Notes under the pieces: generated by a model
Database searches by the model: none
What the model saw: the letters and a program-made list of their open reading frames with translations, nothing else
What the model was told of the DNA's origin: nothing
NCBI GenBank assembly: GCA_051362555.1
Contig: CM120641.1
Location: 42,786,401 to 42,850,400 of the forward strand
Length of the DNA stretch: 64,000 nt
Source: Lingula anatina
Taxonomy: Eukaryota; Animalia; Brachiopoda
Direction of reading: 5' to 3'
Translations under genes and position numbers: made by a program
Shown here: positions 26,701 through 40,375 of the stretch, piece after piece
Numbering within the stretch: position 1 is the stretch's first letter
Layout of the letters: each line of letters begins with the position of its first letter

Positions 26701-29700
26701 AAAGGATAGCGCGGGATTTGCAGCATATATTTGACTCCGACACTACGCTCAAAGACATTTTTCCTTCTCCACCTATCGTCTCTTTCAGACAGCCCCCTAA
26801 TCTGAAAAAACTCCTGGTTAACAATAACAGCCTTGGCGTTACGGGCACATTTCCTTGCAACAACAGAAGGTGCCTTCTCTGCCCGTGTATTATTAACAAC
26901 CCCATCATCACTCCGGGAGGCAAGACACTCATCCCTAGGGGAAAATACACCTGCGACTCTCAGAACGTCATCTACTTGATAAGATGTAAAAAATGCCATC
27001 AAATGTACGTCGGAGAAACAAGCCAGAAATTAAAAGACAGAATTAGACACCACCGCTGCACTGTTAACAACAAAAACCTTTTCGTACCAGTGGGACAGCA
27101 CTTCAACACGCCGAACCACTCAGTTAATGACATCACTGTCACCGTTCTAAAAGGAAACTTAAACGACACTAGACAAAGACGGATCGCCGAACAGAAATTT
27201 ATAAGAACACTAAACACCTTGAATAATGGACTCAATAGGGATAATGGTTTTTTAAATGAGTATTGATTTTTTTTCTTTGTTACGTAATTTTGACGTTGTT
27301 TACGTATAGCACGCTTTTGGACCACCGCATGTCTTCAACACATCACCGACGTCACGTATCCATGGAGTTTGTTTTTTTACGTTTTTTTACTTTTTGTTCA
27401 TATTCCCCGAAGAAGGCCCAGGGGCCGAAAGCTCGGACTGTATTCAACAACTATTATGTAGACCCCACTGAATATTGCGATGTTGTAATTTTTGATATAG
27501 CGCAATGCCTAAACCATATCGAAAAACAAAAAAATGGACACCACCTCCAGTATTGCACTTGACAAGTTCTACAAAGTGCGATGAACAAAAGGTCTCTGGC
27601 ATTTACCATTCCAGAATAAAGGCAAGTTTTCAGTTTCGGTATCTAATGGCTGCTTCTCCCGTGGAAATGCACCGATTGACCCCAAACTCCCAAAGATGAA
27701 AGGAGTCCCCAATTGTAACCCCTCACTGTAACAGGAGAGCTTAGATCTGTGTAGTTTCCAAAAAATAGCATAAAACAAATATTTTTTTGCAGAAAATTCC
27801 CATTTTTAGAAAATTTTGGCTTGTTTGACCTTGAAAAAAAGGTCAAAAGTCAAATCAAAGGGCATATTTGGAATCTCCACATATGACTTTCGGTCAGACT
27901 TCTGTAGTAATTTTTCCCATAATTCCTTTGGTTTGGGAGATATTTAGCCTTGAATTTTCAAAAATTTTGACAAGGGTGCGTTTCAACAAGTGTCACGCCC
28001 AGGCCAATGCACCGACAGAGACAAAAAAACCAGGGTGTTCAAGTTGAGATTATATGTGACCTAAATCCAGGAGATGGGGACACAGGTCCTGGCGGTCTAG
28101 GAGGAGAAGCGGTAACGGTGACTTGTTTCCGGCGCCCGACTGCGGAGCCGCAGGAGCCGGCGGAGCTGCAGGAGCCGGCGGAGCCGGCGGAGCCGGCGGA
28201 GCTGTACGAGACGGGTCGGGACTAAAACCATGAGTACCGCCAGCGTATACGCTGGTGGTACTAATAACCAACTGATGGCACTTTCAAATACTCATTAAGA
28301 AGCGCACCTGCTGCTATATTAAGGGTATCAAAGAAAAAAAGGGAAAAGTTCGAGTTTCTGAATTGCATCAAAGTATCAATATCACTGAACAGTTCGTGGC
28401 AAAGTAGATCATCAAGATCCTCCAATTGTTTTAGAGCAAGAAATGGGTCACGGTCAATGATTTCAAAAGCAGTCTGAAGATCCATCACACCACCTTTGTT
28501 AAATTCAGTTTCATCAATGTGAAATCTGATCAGTTTCACATCATGTAGGTCAAGTTTTGGTTTGTAATGGTCTGCAACCAGCATGGTAACCTCATGCCCA
28601 CGGTCTCGCAGCAAGATGGCAATCTTTTCCATATTCAATGTTCTTGAATTGAATATGTGGGTAAATGGAAAAACTAATATCTTTGCACCCTCAGAAACAT
28701 TTGCCAAAATAGGCAACCACAGTAAGTAAAATGCAAGCATTTTAAAAGTTGTCTTGCTCAGCAGAGAGCCCCTTATCAAACAGTACATAATCTTGAGAAG
28801 TTTACAGCTTTATATTGAAAATGCAACTTTATCTATCATACGGTAATGTCCCGTGGCTTCTGTGCAGAAGAAATTTACTAAAATTAGGAAAAGATTGTTT
28901 TGGTAGAAATTCCTGAAAGGGGAGGTGCTCAAAACTTCCAGACATTCAAATTTTATGAAATTCTGTTATTTTGGACCAGAAGTTGTCTGTTCACTTGGGC
29001 CTATGCTACTTTTTCCATACACTATCTGTGTCAGTTACCATATTGTACAAAAGGTAAGTGTAGGTAATTCCGAAAACTGTACATGCTTTCACATAAGAGT
29101 GTGGTCCAAGGTGTGAGGTAATGACTGGTGGAGTTGGCTAGCAACACAAAACAGCATCGATCATCACCATTGGGGGGGGGGGGGGGGGGGTTCATTAAGA
29201 TAACAGAGCTGCACTGTCCTGCTGGCATACTTTGCCTAAGCATTCGATCTGAGATAACGGGAGCTCTGAAGTAAGTGTTTCCAAGTTTCCAAGTTTGTTT
29301 TTCAAATATAATACTGGTAACCAGAAACTTGTGTCGTTTTTCAAAAAAGAAACTTGGTAACCAGAAACTAGTAACCTCCACCATGAAAGATGGGTACGGT
29401 GTTATGAGAACTCCTTGCTCTCCTGCACTGAGACCAAGATGACTGCCAATGGATGATTATGGTGCATAGAAAGCTGGGCAGGGTATTTTGGTCTCTCTCT
29501 GATGTAGGGGAGGCAAAAACAACACCCAGTCAGTGTCTATGTGCATAGGTGTAGCCTTTACTTTAGAAGCTGGGCAGAATATTACGGTCTCTTTCTGCCA
29601 TAAGGGGAAGCTGTAACGACCTCAGATCAGTCTACTACCCACAGGTAGTCCTTATCTCAGAAGCCTAAAGCTTGGTATTATGGCTGGTTATTATGGTCCC

Positions 29701-32700
29701 TCCCCAGCATTTTCTGAGATGACCAACTGTTGTTGTCTACAATTAAATATAATAGGCCAGTGGGGGGATTTATTGCTCCAGGTTGTCTCACCTTACTGTA
29801 GGGTGAAGCAAGTTTGATTTTATTAAATTATTCAGTGGCAGTGAAACAACCAGCAGATCATTATTCAGGGTGTGTAGGTCGCCTTCACCATGGAAGTTGG
29901 CCTGGGTATAACAGTACATCTGCGCCATACATAAGTTTTTGAGACACGCTTCCATAAAATCATATTTTACCTCCTGTACCTACATTCCAACTTTCTCTAA
30001 AACAGCAAGAATAAGAGACAAGAAACATGTACCCAGATGTACATTATGGTCTTTTTTTTTCATAATTAACCACTCAAAAGACAAGAAAATTTCTGAGGTA
30101 TCAATATATGCGGTTCTGGCCCTTTGAGGTAATTAAGAATTGCACTACACATAGGCAGTCCCGGTCCATGTCAGGTTAATGAAACCTCCATAATGGTGAT
30201 GATGATGATGATGATGCTGTTTTGCATACCAAGCCGACTGTTATCTTGCACCTTGGGCCGCACAGGCAGTGCTCAGGTAAAGGTATGCTAGGGCAACATC
30301 GCTGACTGTTAGATTATTATTAACCTGAAAATAGCCCAATGGCCGACTTATCAAAATCCATGAAAGTCACAAATATTCAAAAAATATCCATGAAAGTCAC
30401 AAATATTCAAAAAATTTTATGGTCGAAATTCAAGGGAAAAAAAAAAAAAAAAAAAAAAAATGATTTTAAGATTGTTTGAGGTTTACAAACTGTTCAAAAT
30501 TTTTCACACATTACCATAGGTCATATGGGGTGAATAAGTGTGTCTATGACCTTAATGTCAAATTTTACCACCTGTGGAAAAGATAAAGGTCACTACCCGA
30601 AGCTAGAACTGATGAGAGATAAAACATAAACAGTCTGAGTTGTTGGCTTTGGCCTGTGGCTTTTGTCTACCTAAAGTGGCACCGAGCTATTAAAAAAGGT
30701 TTAATTTTACAAAGCACTAGCCTGAATGAGCTAGTAGTATTTTTTAGCCTATTTTAATGCAAAGCAAAATGTCAAAAAAATTAATCACCATATTCTCTCT
30801 GAAATAATTATATTCAGGCTAGTGTTTTTTGGTTTGGCCTAGTACATTTTTAGGCCTTGCTTGCCCCAAGGGTTAGTGGACAGTCTAAAAAGTTTTTAAC
30901 ACACACTGTGTATACGTCACAATAAAATTATTTTAAATTTGTTACCCTTTATCAATTACAGCATTACTTTTATCATAATAAAATACCTTTTCATACATTT
31001 ATTATTTCAAAAGGCCGCTTTTCAACTGCTTCTTAATGTTTACTTTCAATCTTTACTCACTTTAAGCAAATTAAGCCACTGAAATTGTCAAAGTTTGATA
31101 AAAGGGTCATAAATGTGAAAGAAATTAGGCAATGGTATATACTGCATGGAAACTTTCCAAAAAGAAATGGAGAAAATGCTGAAAAAAGTGAAAAAAAGCA
31201 TAACTTCCATAAAAATGGCCCGATCATGCTGATTTTCGAACTTGACCTGCATATTTTGAATATTCATCAGATCTGTAAGTTTTAAGCCATAGAAAAAATG
31301 ATTTTCCACTTATCTTGTTATCAATAAAAGTGCACGGCGACAGCCTCAGAGACAGTGACAGTGATGACAGACGCAGGTGACGGCTATATGTACAGACACA
31401 TCTGTGTCTGTACTAGTACATAAAAAAGGAAGAATCCAATCCCTGTATATTAAACCATCACAATAATAACAGATAATCAGGCAAACCAAAGAAATCCTCT
31501 GGTAATTTCTAAAGCTTATTTACATATCTCGTTCTCATAATCTGTTACCATATTCAAGGTAATACCTCAGCAGTCCACATCACGGCCCTCATGGTTCTTT
31601 TAGGCTCGAGTCCCATCTGACGTATGGTAGATAAGGCCTTAAACAGGAGAAAGTAGGATTTATCCATGTTGCCCAAGTCACTTAAATATATATCTTTCTG
31701 TTTCACTAAACACATTTCCGCAGTCTTATGTAACATATTTCTACAATTTAACAAAACACATTGTTGTCTAATCTAACAAACGCAACTGTCTCACCTGACA
31801 CATTGCAGCAGTTTTATGAAAACGCTTTCTTGTATCACCTTATACATTCCTCCTGTCTCATGTTACACATTTTGCTCATACCCAACTTATTTTCAAAGTC
31901 ACATTCAATGTTTTTACTAGCAGAAAATGGCATTTTCTTGATACTGACCCTACCTGCCATGATATAAAAGCTCCTCCTCCATCATCCATTGCACCTTGGC
32001 CAACATCCCAGCTGTCTAAATGGCCACTGACCAAAACAACCTTGGTATTTGAAATAATAATCGGTGAAATAAAAGAAGCATTATAATTCATATTTAGGTT
32101 TAACATCTGGCAATATTTGAAAGAAATTGGGATGATTGCCCATTAAAATTTGCATGTTTCTTTGCACCTTTGTATTTCAACTAACTGTACATCTTTTGAA
32201 CACTGAATGGATTTTTTATATGTAATATCAACAGTGACACTGTTATCAGTATAATCATTATCATCACCATTAGTCTTATTTATTTTTATGGTTCCTTTCG
32301 AAAATAGGAATGTTTTCAAAATACAAAAGTATTGTAAGTACTCAAGGAATTGATGACTATTCCTTCGATTTTTCTTAACATTGTCAGAAAAAATATTGTA
32401 TATGTATTATCATATTATAGTGCATACCTGTTCTGGGTATTTTGATCCTACAATTTCTGCCACAGTATTTCTTGACTTCACAGGGGTAAGATTCTTAGCA
32501 TCCATTTGCAAATGAACAACAATTTTTGTGCCTAAGCAAGAAAAATATGTTTTAAAAATGTTTTAAACCATACTATGGCTGTGTCCAGAATAGAAGTTAT
32601 CATACTAGCAGGATTGATCTATCTCAGCAAGGATTCTCGCTAAGGCACATCAATGTAATTTGCTTAATTGTCTGGTAGGTCCCCTTAAACTACTTGGGTA

Positions 32701-35700
32701 AAGTCAGTAAAACTTTGTGGTCCATGATGTTGTTCATGTTTCTTTGCAAGGGGGCATGCCAGGCAATTAAACTAATTATATTGACTGCAATTAAGAATTT
32801 AGCCAAGAATCCCTGTGATCACTATCCTCCAATGGAACCATCTCTCATGTCACTTCTACCACACCACTTCCACAAAGTCACGTCTTCCAAACTTATGCCA
32901 CATAACTAACACTTACATGTGTCACACTTTCCACAATTATCACTACTTGCATTCTAACACAGTTCAATGTCTGTACACACCTACCACTCTTACCTCTGTC
33001 TGCCATCCTGTTCATCATCTCTGCATCCTCTATAGTTATACATGCAGTTGGTATTTGTTTTGTTGTGTTACTATAGTCCTGAAGCAATGGAAAGTTGACA
33101 GCAATTTATACTCACAATTATTGTGTAAAAGCATTTGTATCCAGTACATGTAAATGCATTTCCCTGATTGTCAATTATGGATAAGGTTCAGGTGTGGCTG
33201 ATCTATTTTTAATGCCTACTGTACATTATCAAAATCTGAGACGTAACAGTGTAATTCCATTGTTCATATGGACGTTACAACACATACTCACTAATTGTAA
33301 TAATTATACAGGGATGAAGTTGGATGCATCTGTTTTCACCATCCCATAACAAAAAAGATCAGCGAAAACAATTAGTTTGTTAAAAACATGGAGATGACAA
33401 GAAGAATCACTTGTACAAGTACTGGCTATAGTAACCACACAACTACCAAGTATCTTTATCAATAAGTACGTATGTGTGTGTGTGTGTGTGTGGGTGTGTG
33501 TGTGTGTGTGTGTGTGTGATACTTAAAACATCAGGTGTGCCCATGCACACTCACCTGCCAGCCAGTGTGTGGGCTGTTGATAGAAAAGGGAGCAACAGAT
33601 CTTATCAGTGCTGCTATACCTCCAACCTTGGCTGCATTATCAGCCCCAAAGTCTCTGTAAGCAACTGAAGTACCATAGTCCACCCACTGCTGGTTGTACA
33701 CTATTATCTTGCCCTTTGCCTATAATAACACAAATATCAGTATCATAGTAACACACACACACATGCATGCACGCACATACGCACACACACACACACACAC
33801 AGATATATACATCTATTTATATTAGTATGACTATGTATAATGTTTTTACCAACATGTTAAAAGGTCAATATGATCTACTAATTTTGCTTTCAGTTTACTT
33901 TTTTTTTTTTAATTTCTGATTTGCTCTTTATTTCAAATTCAGTACAAGGTTGCCCGCTAAACTATCATGTACCCAGTATTGTGCATTTTCTATGAATATC
34001 TACTTGACAAGAAGTAAACTTTACCTCATCAGCTCTCTTCTTGAGTTCATCAAATGATTTCACAACTAAAACTTCAGCTTGTATTCCACCAGAGGGAGTA
34101 CCAACAGACGAGCCCAATCCCAACATTGCCATTTTGTATACTCTTGGGAGGAGCATAGTGGCAGACTCATTCCCTCTCACCCAATGTGGCACCAATAAAA
34201 AGAAATTAAAAAACTGGTACATGTAACTATCAATAAATAACAGCAACATTCATGAGCAATGTACCTATTATTACCACATATTGTTCATTGGTGACTACAT
34301 TTTATAACCTTTTAATATCTTTACCCATTCATATTGATTTGTTTCAATACTAAAACTATACACTTCACTGGTTTCAACAGAACTACTAACATTTCAGTGC
34401 ATATATATAATAGATAATGACATATGTGTTTCATGACTACATATGCTTCAAAGTTTGTCACACTTTATATGGACTCAACTATATTGTTACCAGGGGCAGA
34501 TTGAGGCCATCTCCTGGGTCTTTCAGAAGACGCTCAGATTTCCAAGTTTACATTGACGAGTATCTCATTTTTTTCTGTCGGAAGACCGTCAAAAATGGAG
34601 GATGGTCCAACAAAGATCATTTGGAAAACTGTCAGAAAATATCTCTGGATCAGCTCCTGGTTACAATATACTGGTTACAGTACTCTTATTTCACAGCATA
34701 TGTTCTAATACAAGTATCAATCTCACCATGACATCTTCTCCGTGAACATTCTGCAGACCATCCTTCTTTAACTGCTGTAGCATGTAGTCTGCAATTGCAA
34801 GGATAATATATGGCTCTGATCAAAACCCAGTTGATCTGCGGACTAACTGAGCCATGGATCAAATATGGCGCACACTTGAAAGCATGACACATAATCCCCC
34901 AATAGATTTCCCACCTCCCACACAGGCCCTCCCTGCAGGGGCAATATAACTGAGGCAAGCTTTCAAGTGGTTATTTCTTCACATTTCTTATTTCTTATTT
35001 ATTTTTCATGACACCTAGTGTGTCATGGGCAATCAGCCTTTGCACTAATATAGAGTGAAATTTTAACAAAAACTTCTGAATACTTTTAAAGAATTTATAC
35101 CTATAGCATTTTCTAAATTCTGGGATCCTGCAATCCGACTTCCAAATTTATCTGTAAAAGTAGCCAGTCTGTTATAGGTCTGTCCTTTTCCTTTGCCATT
35201 GACAGTGAAATCAATTATCTGTTTAGCAACATCTGTAAAAAAGTGAAAATGTTACATGTATGACATATAGTAATGTTTTATCAGTAAGATTCAATATAAG
35301 ATGTTGTACATGTAAAGGGAGTCCAGACAATAAATGTATGAATAGATGAAGTAGCTTTGTGGCTGATAACACAACTTAGATGTTCCAAATAACAAGGAAT
35401 TGCTAAAAGTAAAGCACTGGTATTCATAGATTAGAATGGCATTTGGAATGGCAAATGGGTTTACTTTTTTGTTGCCCAATGCTTTCTCACTCATTTAAAT
35501 AATTTAAAGTACTGTATACAAATTCCCTTTTTTTCCAAATCACTTCATGAACAATAGTGGTCCCCGCTATAATTTTCCCCAGTTATCTGCAATTTTATGC
35601 CTAAATACTAGTGCTTATCTCATTAATAACATAGTTCAGTTATTTCACAGGTGTACTATATGATAATTTTCCATAAAACAAATCTCCCTAGACCCTGAAA

Positions 35701-36496
35701 TGTCTCAACTTCTCATATTGGATAAAAGCTATAAAAAGTAAACAAAAAAATAAATCATTCAGATGAATCTACTTGAACCAATTGCCCTGATTTAAATTTC
35801 CTATTTATGTAAAAATTATGATAAGAGTTCAAAACCACTAGGTGTAAAAAGTGAAAGTTATATATATTCCATATAGCTAAAATATAACAACTGCCAAGAC
35901 AACCTACTACATTATTCTTTATGCTAATTCTTACATGGCAATTTGATGGTAATGACATATCTTTATGACATAGTATTAAGCAAGCACCTTGGTAGTTTTC
36001 CACTTCCTTGAAAACCCTGGATGTCTTCTTCCCCCAGGCTGCAGAATCTACAGGGTGAGAACTGACTAAAACTGAAGAGAAATGAAATTAATTCTTAAAC
36101 CAACCTTGAAATTTTTGAATCAATTTGAAACGGCAGGGGAAAAGTGTAGAGGTAAGTTTCAAGTTATCTCTGAAGCTCAGGGTGCAGTACAGATACGCCC
36201 GTACAGTTCGGACAAATCTGTACTGCGATTTTATTTTACACATTGCAATGAATCATCAGTCTTGTAAGCATTGTCAAGTTCAACGCGGTTACGCCATAAT
36301 TTTAAAGTATTCAATTGTTCATACCTCTGAAATACGTAATCAAAAAGAAATATTGGTAAAAAGCCATCGAGGAGCAAACATCCAATAAGCCTCGTTGACG
36401 GGGTAAATAACCGGATCGAGATTGCAGAGTGGAACAGCTCTACCGGTGCATGAAACAAACCCTGGCAAATTAAAAAAAAAAGGTTCTTCTGACCAT
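17730..36496 (-). CDS. CPQ: Carboxypeptidase Q (plasma glutamate carboxypeptidase, M28)
   Basis: Exons (-): ~36496-36461 (tentative), 36071-35988, 35232-35101, 34788-34727, 34192-34025, 33719-33555, 33078-32994, 32531-32428, 32040-31954 ([19 protein letters not shown]), 31637-31566 (WTAE), 19765-19721 (EEG), 19070-18995 (MESD), 18559-18368 (YFFFHH), 17836-17730 (GDTMTVL..DMLPR*). Confidence 0.93.
19950..20245 (+). mobile_element. Degenerate Tc1/mariner transposase fragment, internally duplicated
   Basis: Two copies of VMVWAG(I/M)..LMVIAVT; second followed by [13 protein letters not shown], resembling the Tc1 DDE region. Confidence 0.55.
20866..28740 (-). CDS. UDP-glycosyltransferase (UGT), nested in CPQ intron, split by a 6.3-kb Helentron-like insertion
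   Basis: 28740-28264 (signal peptide, AKILVFP, RGHEVT) and 21960-20866 ([23 protein letters not shown] signature, TM, KYKTA ER-retrieval tail) join in frame to 523 aa when the insertion is removed. May be a pseudogene if the insertion is not spliced. Confidence 0.88.
22315..23053. repeat. ~5-copy 146-bp tandem array inside the Helentron-like element
   Basis: AGTAGGTCAAAGG-like anchor at 22381, 22515, 22661, 22807, 22953 (spacings 134, 146, 146, 146). Confidence 0.9.
23175..23208 (-). ncRNA. Minimal hammerhead ribozyme-like motif in Penelope 3' pLTR
   Basis: TCC-CCGAAGA-A-GGCC-CAGG-GGCC-GAAA-GCTC-GGA; core has C in place of U4. Confidence 0.7.
23346..25958 (-). CDS. Penelope ORF, reverse transcriptase plus GIY-YIG endonuclease, 870 aa, intact
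   Basis: [47 protein letters not shown]; [18 protein letters not shown] endonuclease; GLN end. Confidence 0.97.
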   Translation of the reverse strand: MNPQSDNQHRNTPEHIKLLRYVSKKAKLDSDIFFLSKCKKNNIIPKGLRIKNPLQNTYKTSFSEKLMLKTAARLRNHLTHVLYNTRNKIKQEIETLVESMITNSQDPLETRIKELYNKEIARHLQNKRKKLRSLGISEDESVPSTSTVVNLSTYRPSTEELSVLNKGLSFCPTTKLDFIQTCGDMEDFFRRLRLKEYFHNKEDNHQDIQNLTTKQKTSNWTPPPGRNSKLDRYIESFRHRMRSNILGKQFKSLYNLSFKERQAIRSLKENKNIVIKPADKGGATVIMDKTDYNTEVYRQLNDKAYYSYLNTDPTNAFKKELNQLIKGLPHNDQQLLTKMIPTDPKPGIFYILPKIHKEGNPGRPIISGIGTLTESISGLIDRDLKPIVRDTKSFIQDTTDFLRKIQMVENLPDNTLLVTMDVVALYTNIPHQDGIQALENSLRNSKHKTELQPDSITKLTDFILNHNYFQFDKENEFLLQVKGTAMGTRMAPQYANLFMANLEESVLGKTQKQPTFYVRYIDDIFLIWTHGEDDLKKFVELFNNENPSIRLTLNYSNIQQNFLDTTVFIKNNRLATCVYRKPTDRSAYLHPTSFHPSHIKKSIVFSQTLRYNRINSEPEKKSEQLTDLQKLFERRQYDTQMIKETMGKANRIPRKDLLQYQRKDTHERVPLVVTFNPALYHLKRIARDLQHMFDSDTTLKDIFPSPPIVSFRQPPNLKKLLVNNNSLGVTGTFPCNNRRCLLCPCIINNPIITPGGKTLIPRGKYTCDSQNVIYLIRCKKCHQMYVGETSQKLKDRIRHHRCTVNNKNLFVPVGQHFNTPNHSVNDITVTVLKGNLNDTRQRRIAEQKFIRTLNTLNNGLNRDNGFLNEY
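26048..26081 (-). ncRNA. Minimal hammerhead ribozyme-like motif in Penelope 5' pLTR
   Basis: Identical to 23175-23208; about 90 nt upstream of the ORF ATG. Confidence 0.7.
26143..27266 (+). pseudogene. Inverted 5'-truncated copy of the Penelope ORF (C-terminal ~373 aa)
   Basis: Same protein as the C-terminal part of 23346-25958 except LQHIF vs LQHMF. Confidence 0.9.
27404..27437 (+). ncRNA. Minimal hammerhead ribozyme-like motif in the inverted Penelope copy
   Basis: Same sequence on the + strand. Confidence 0.7.
28140..28204. repeat. GC-rich 9-bp minisatellite (GCGGAGCCG-like, ~7 copies)
   Basis: Direct reading; sits near the Helentron 5' hairpin, where DINE-1-like elements carry short repeats. 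Confidence 0.85.
33473..33518. repeat. (TG)n microsatellite
   Basis: Direct reading. Confidence 0.95.
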
Positions 36497-37078
36497 TTGG
36501 TATAATCTGTACCAGTTATCATCATTACACTTTGTGTGATGGTTAAATCAGAATTTTCACAATAGAAAATAAAAAATGTGTAAATGACATCCAGTCAAAA
36601 AAAATCCATGTTGTCATGCCAGATTTTGGGAATTTCCCCGCTGAATGACGTAATACAGGTCTCGAATGTCTAATATATAAGTGAAAAAGGGGAAGGGGGT
36701 GGTGTCTTGCAAAGCAACGATATAACAAGTACAGTATGCAATATCATAAAGCAAAGCAACGAATAAACGATATTGTTGTTCATATAGGTCGACCAAGAGA
36801 AAAACTGAACACTGATAGAGAAGAATTTAACGTTTTGTCTGTGATGTTTTCTAGTTTGCTACGTACTTTATATATACATCATGAAGCAGTTAAATGAATA
36901 AAAGAGGGTTTATAAGTCATATATATTGAACAATTAGATAAACACAAGCTTTTACCGAAACTTATTTTACTGAAATATAATTAATTCTCTATGCTGTTGA
37001 ATACACCTGATGCAAATTTAACCCATCTCTCTCCCTCTCTGTCTAGCTCTCCCTCTCTCTCTATCACTCACTCACTCG

Positions 37079-37081
<3 letters not shown>

Positions 37082-37135
<54 letters not shown>
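37082..37135. repeat. (AC)n microsatellite between divergent CPQ and UBE2D copy 1
   Basis: Direct reading. Confidence 0.95.
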
Positions 37136-37137
<2 letters not shown>

Positions 37138-37488
37138 ATAGATTCTATATTAATAGACAATAACCTGTGTGACTTTCAGTAAATTTACCTCGAAAATACC
37201 TTTTTTTACTACCTGCGCTATTAGAAATAGATCCAATTTTGATTTGATTTTGAAAATAAAACGAGAATCCCAGACATAAATCATACTACTTTTAGCACGT
37301 TTAAGATGAAAATAATGTGCTATAAGTTTGTTTTTATATATTTGATATTTGTTTTAACACAAAGCGTATTAATATATTGCCACCTTCCCAACACCTCCGC
37401 CATATTGATAAAGTTGAGGGTACTTTCCAGAAAACAAATTTAACGACAGTTGAGCTTTCACCGCTATTTTGTCAAAAAGATATAAAAT

Positions 37489-40375
<2,887 letters not shown>

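Larger units (their letters stand above)
23083..27462 (-). mobile_element. Penelope-like retroelement: full copy with pseudo-LTRs plus inverted 5'-truncated copy
   Basis: TSD CCCCACTGAATATT at 23069-23082 and 27463-27476; direct repeat (pLTR) 23080-23272 = 25953-26145; inverted arms 23150-24469 / 26143-27462. Confidence 0.95.
21962..28264 (-). mobile_element. Non-autonomous Helentron/Helitron2 (HINE, DINE-1-like), ~1.9 kb excluding nested Penelope
   Basis: No TSD; A|T (or T|T) insertion; 5' TT and 3' CTAG; 11-bp asymmetric subTIRs (28251-28261 / 21999-22009, GTACCACCAGC); 5' hairpin 28234-28261; 3' stem-loop AGAGGCG-ATAC-CGCCTCT 21974-21991; short-unit repeat near 5' end; internal tandem array. 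Confidence 0.8.

Noticed and set aside
26130-27266. 378-aa ORF as an independent gene
   Set aside because: Truncated inverted Penelope copy; the start is a GTG from the pLTR junction.
23287-27325. Short ORFs antisense to or overlapping the Penelope ORF
   Set aside because: Shadow ORFs, mirrored only because of the inverted duplication.
28007-28271. Pro/Ala/Glu-rich ORFs
   Set aside because: Translation of the 9-bp minisatellite.
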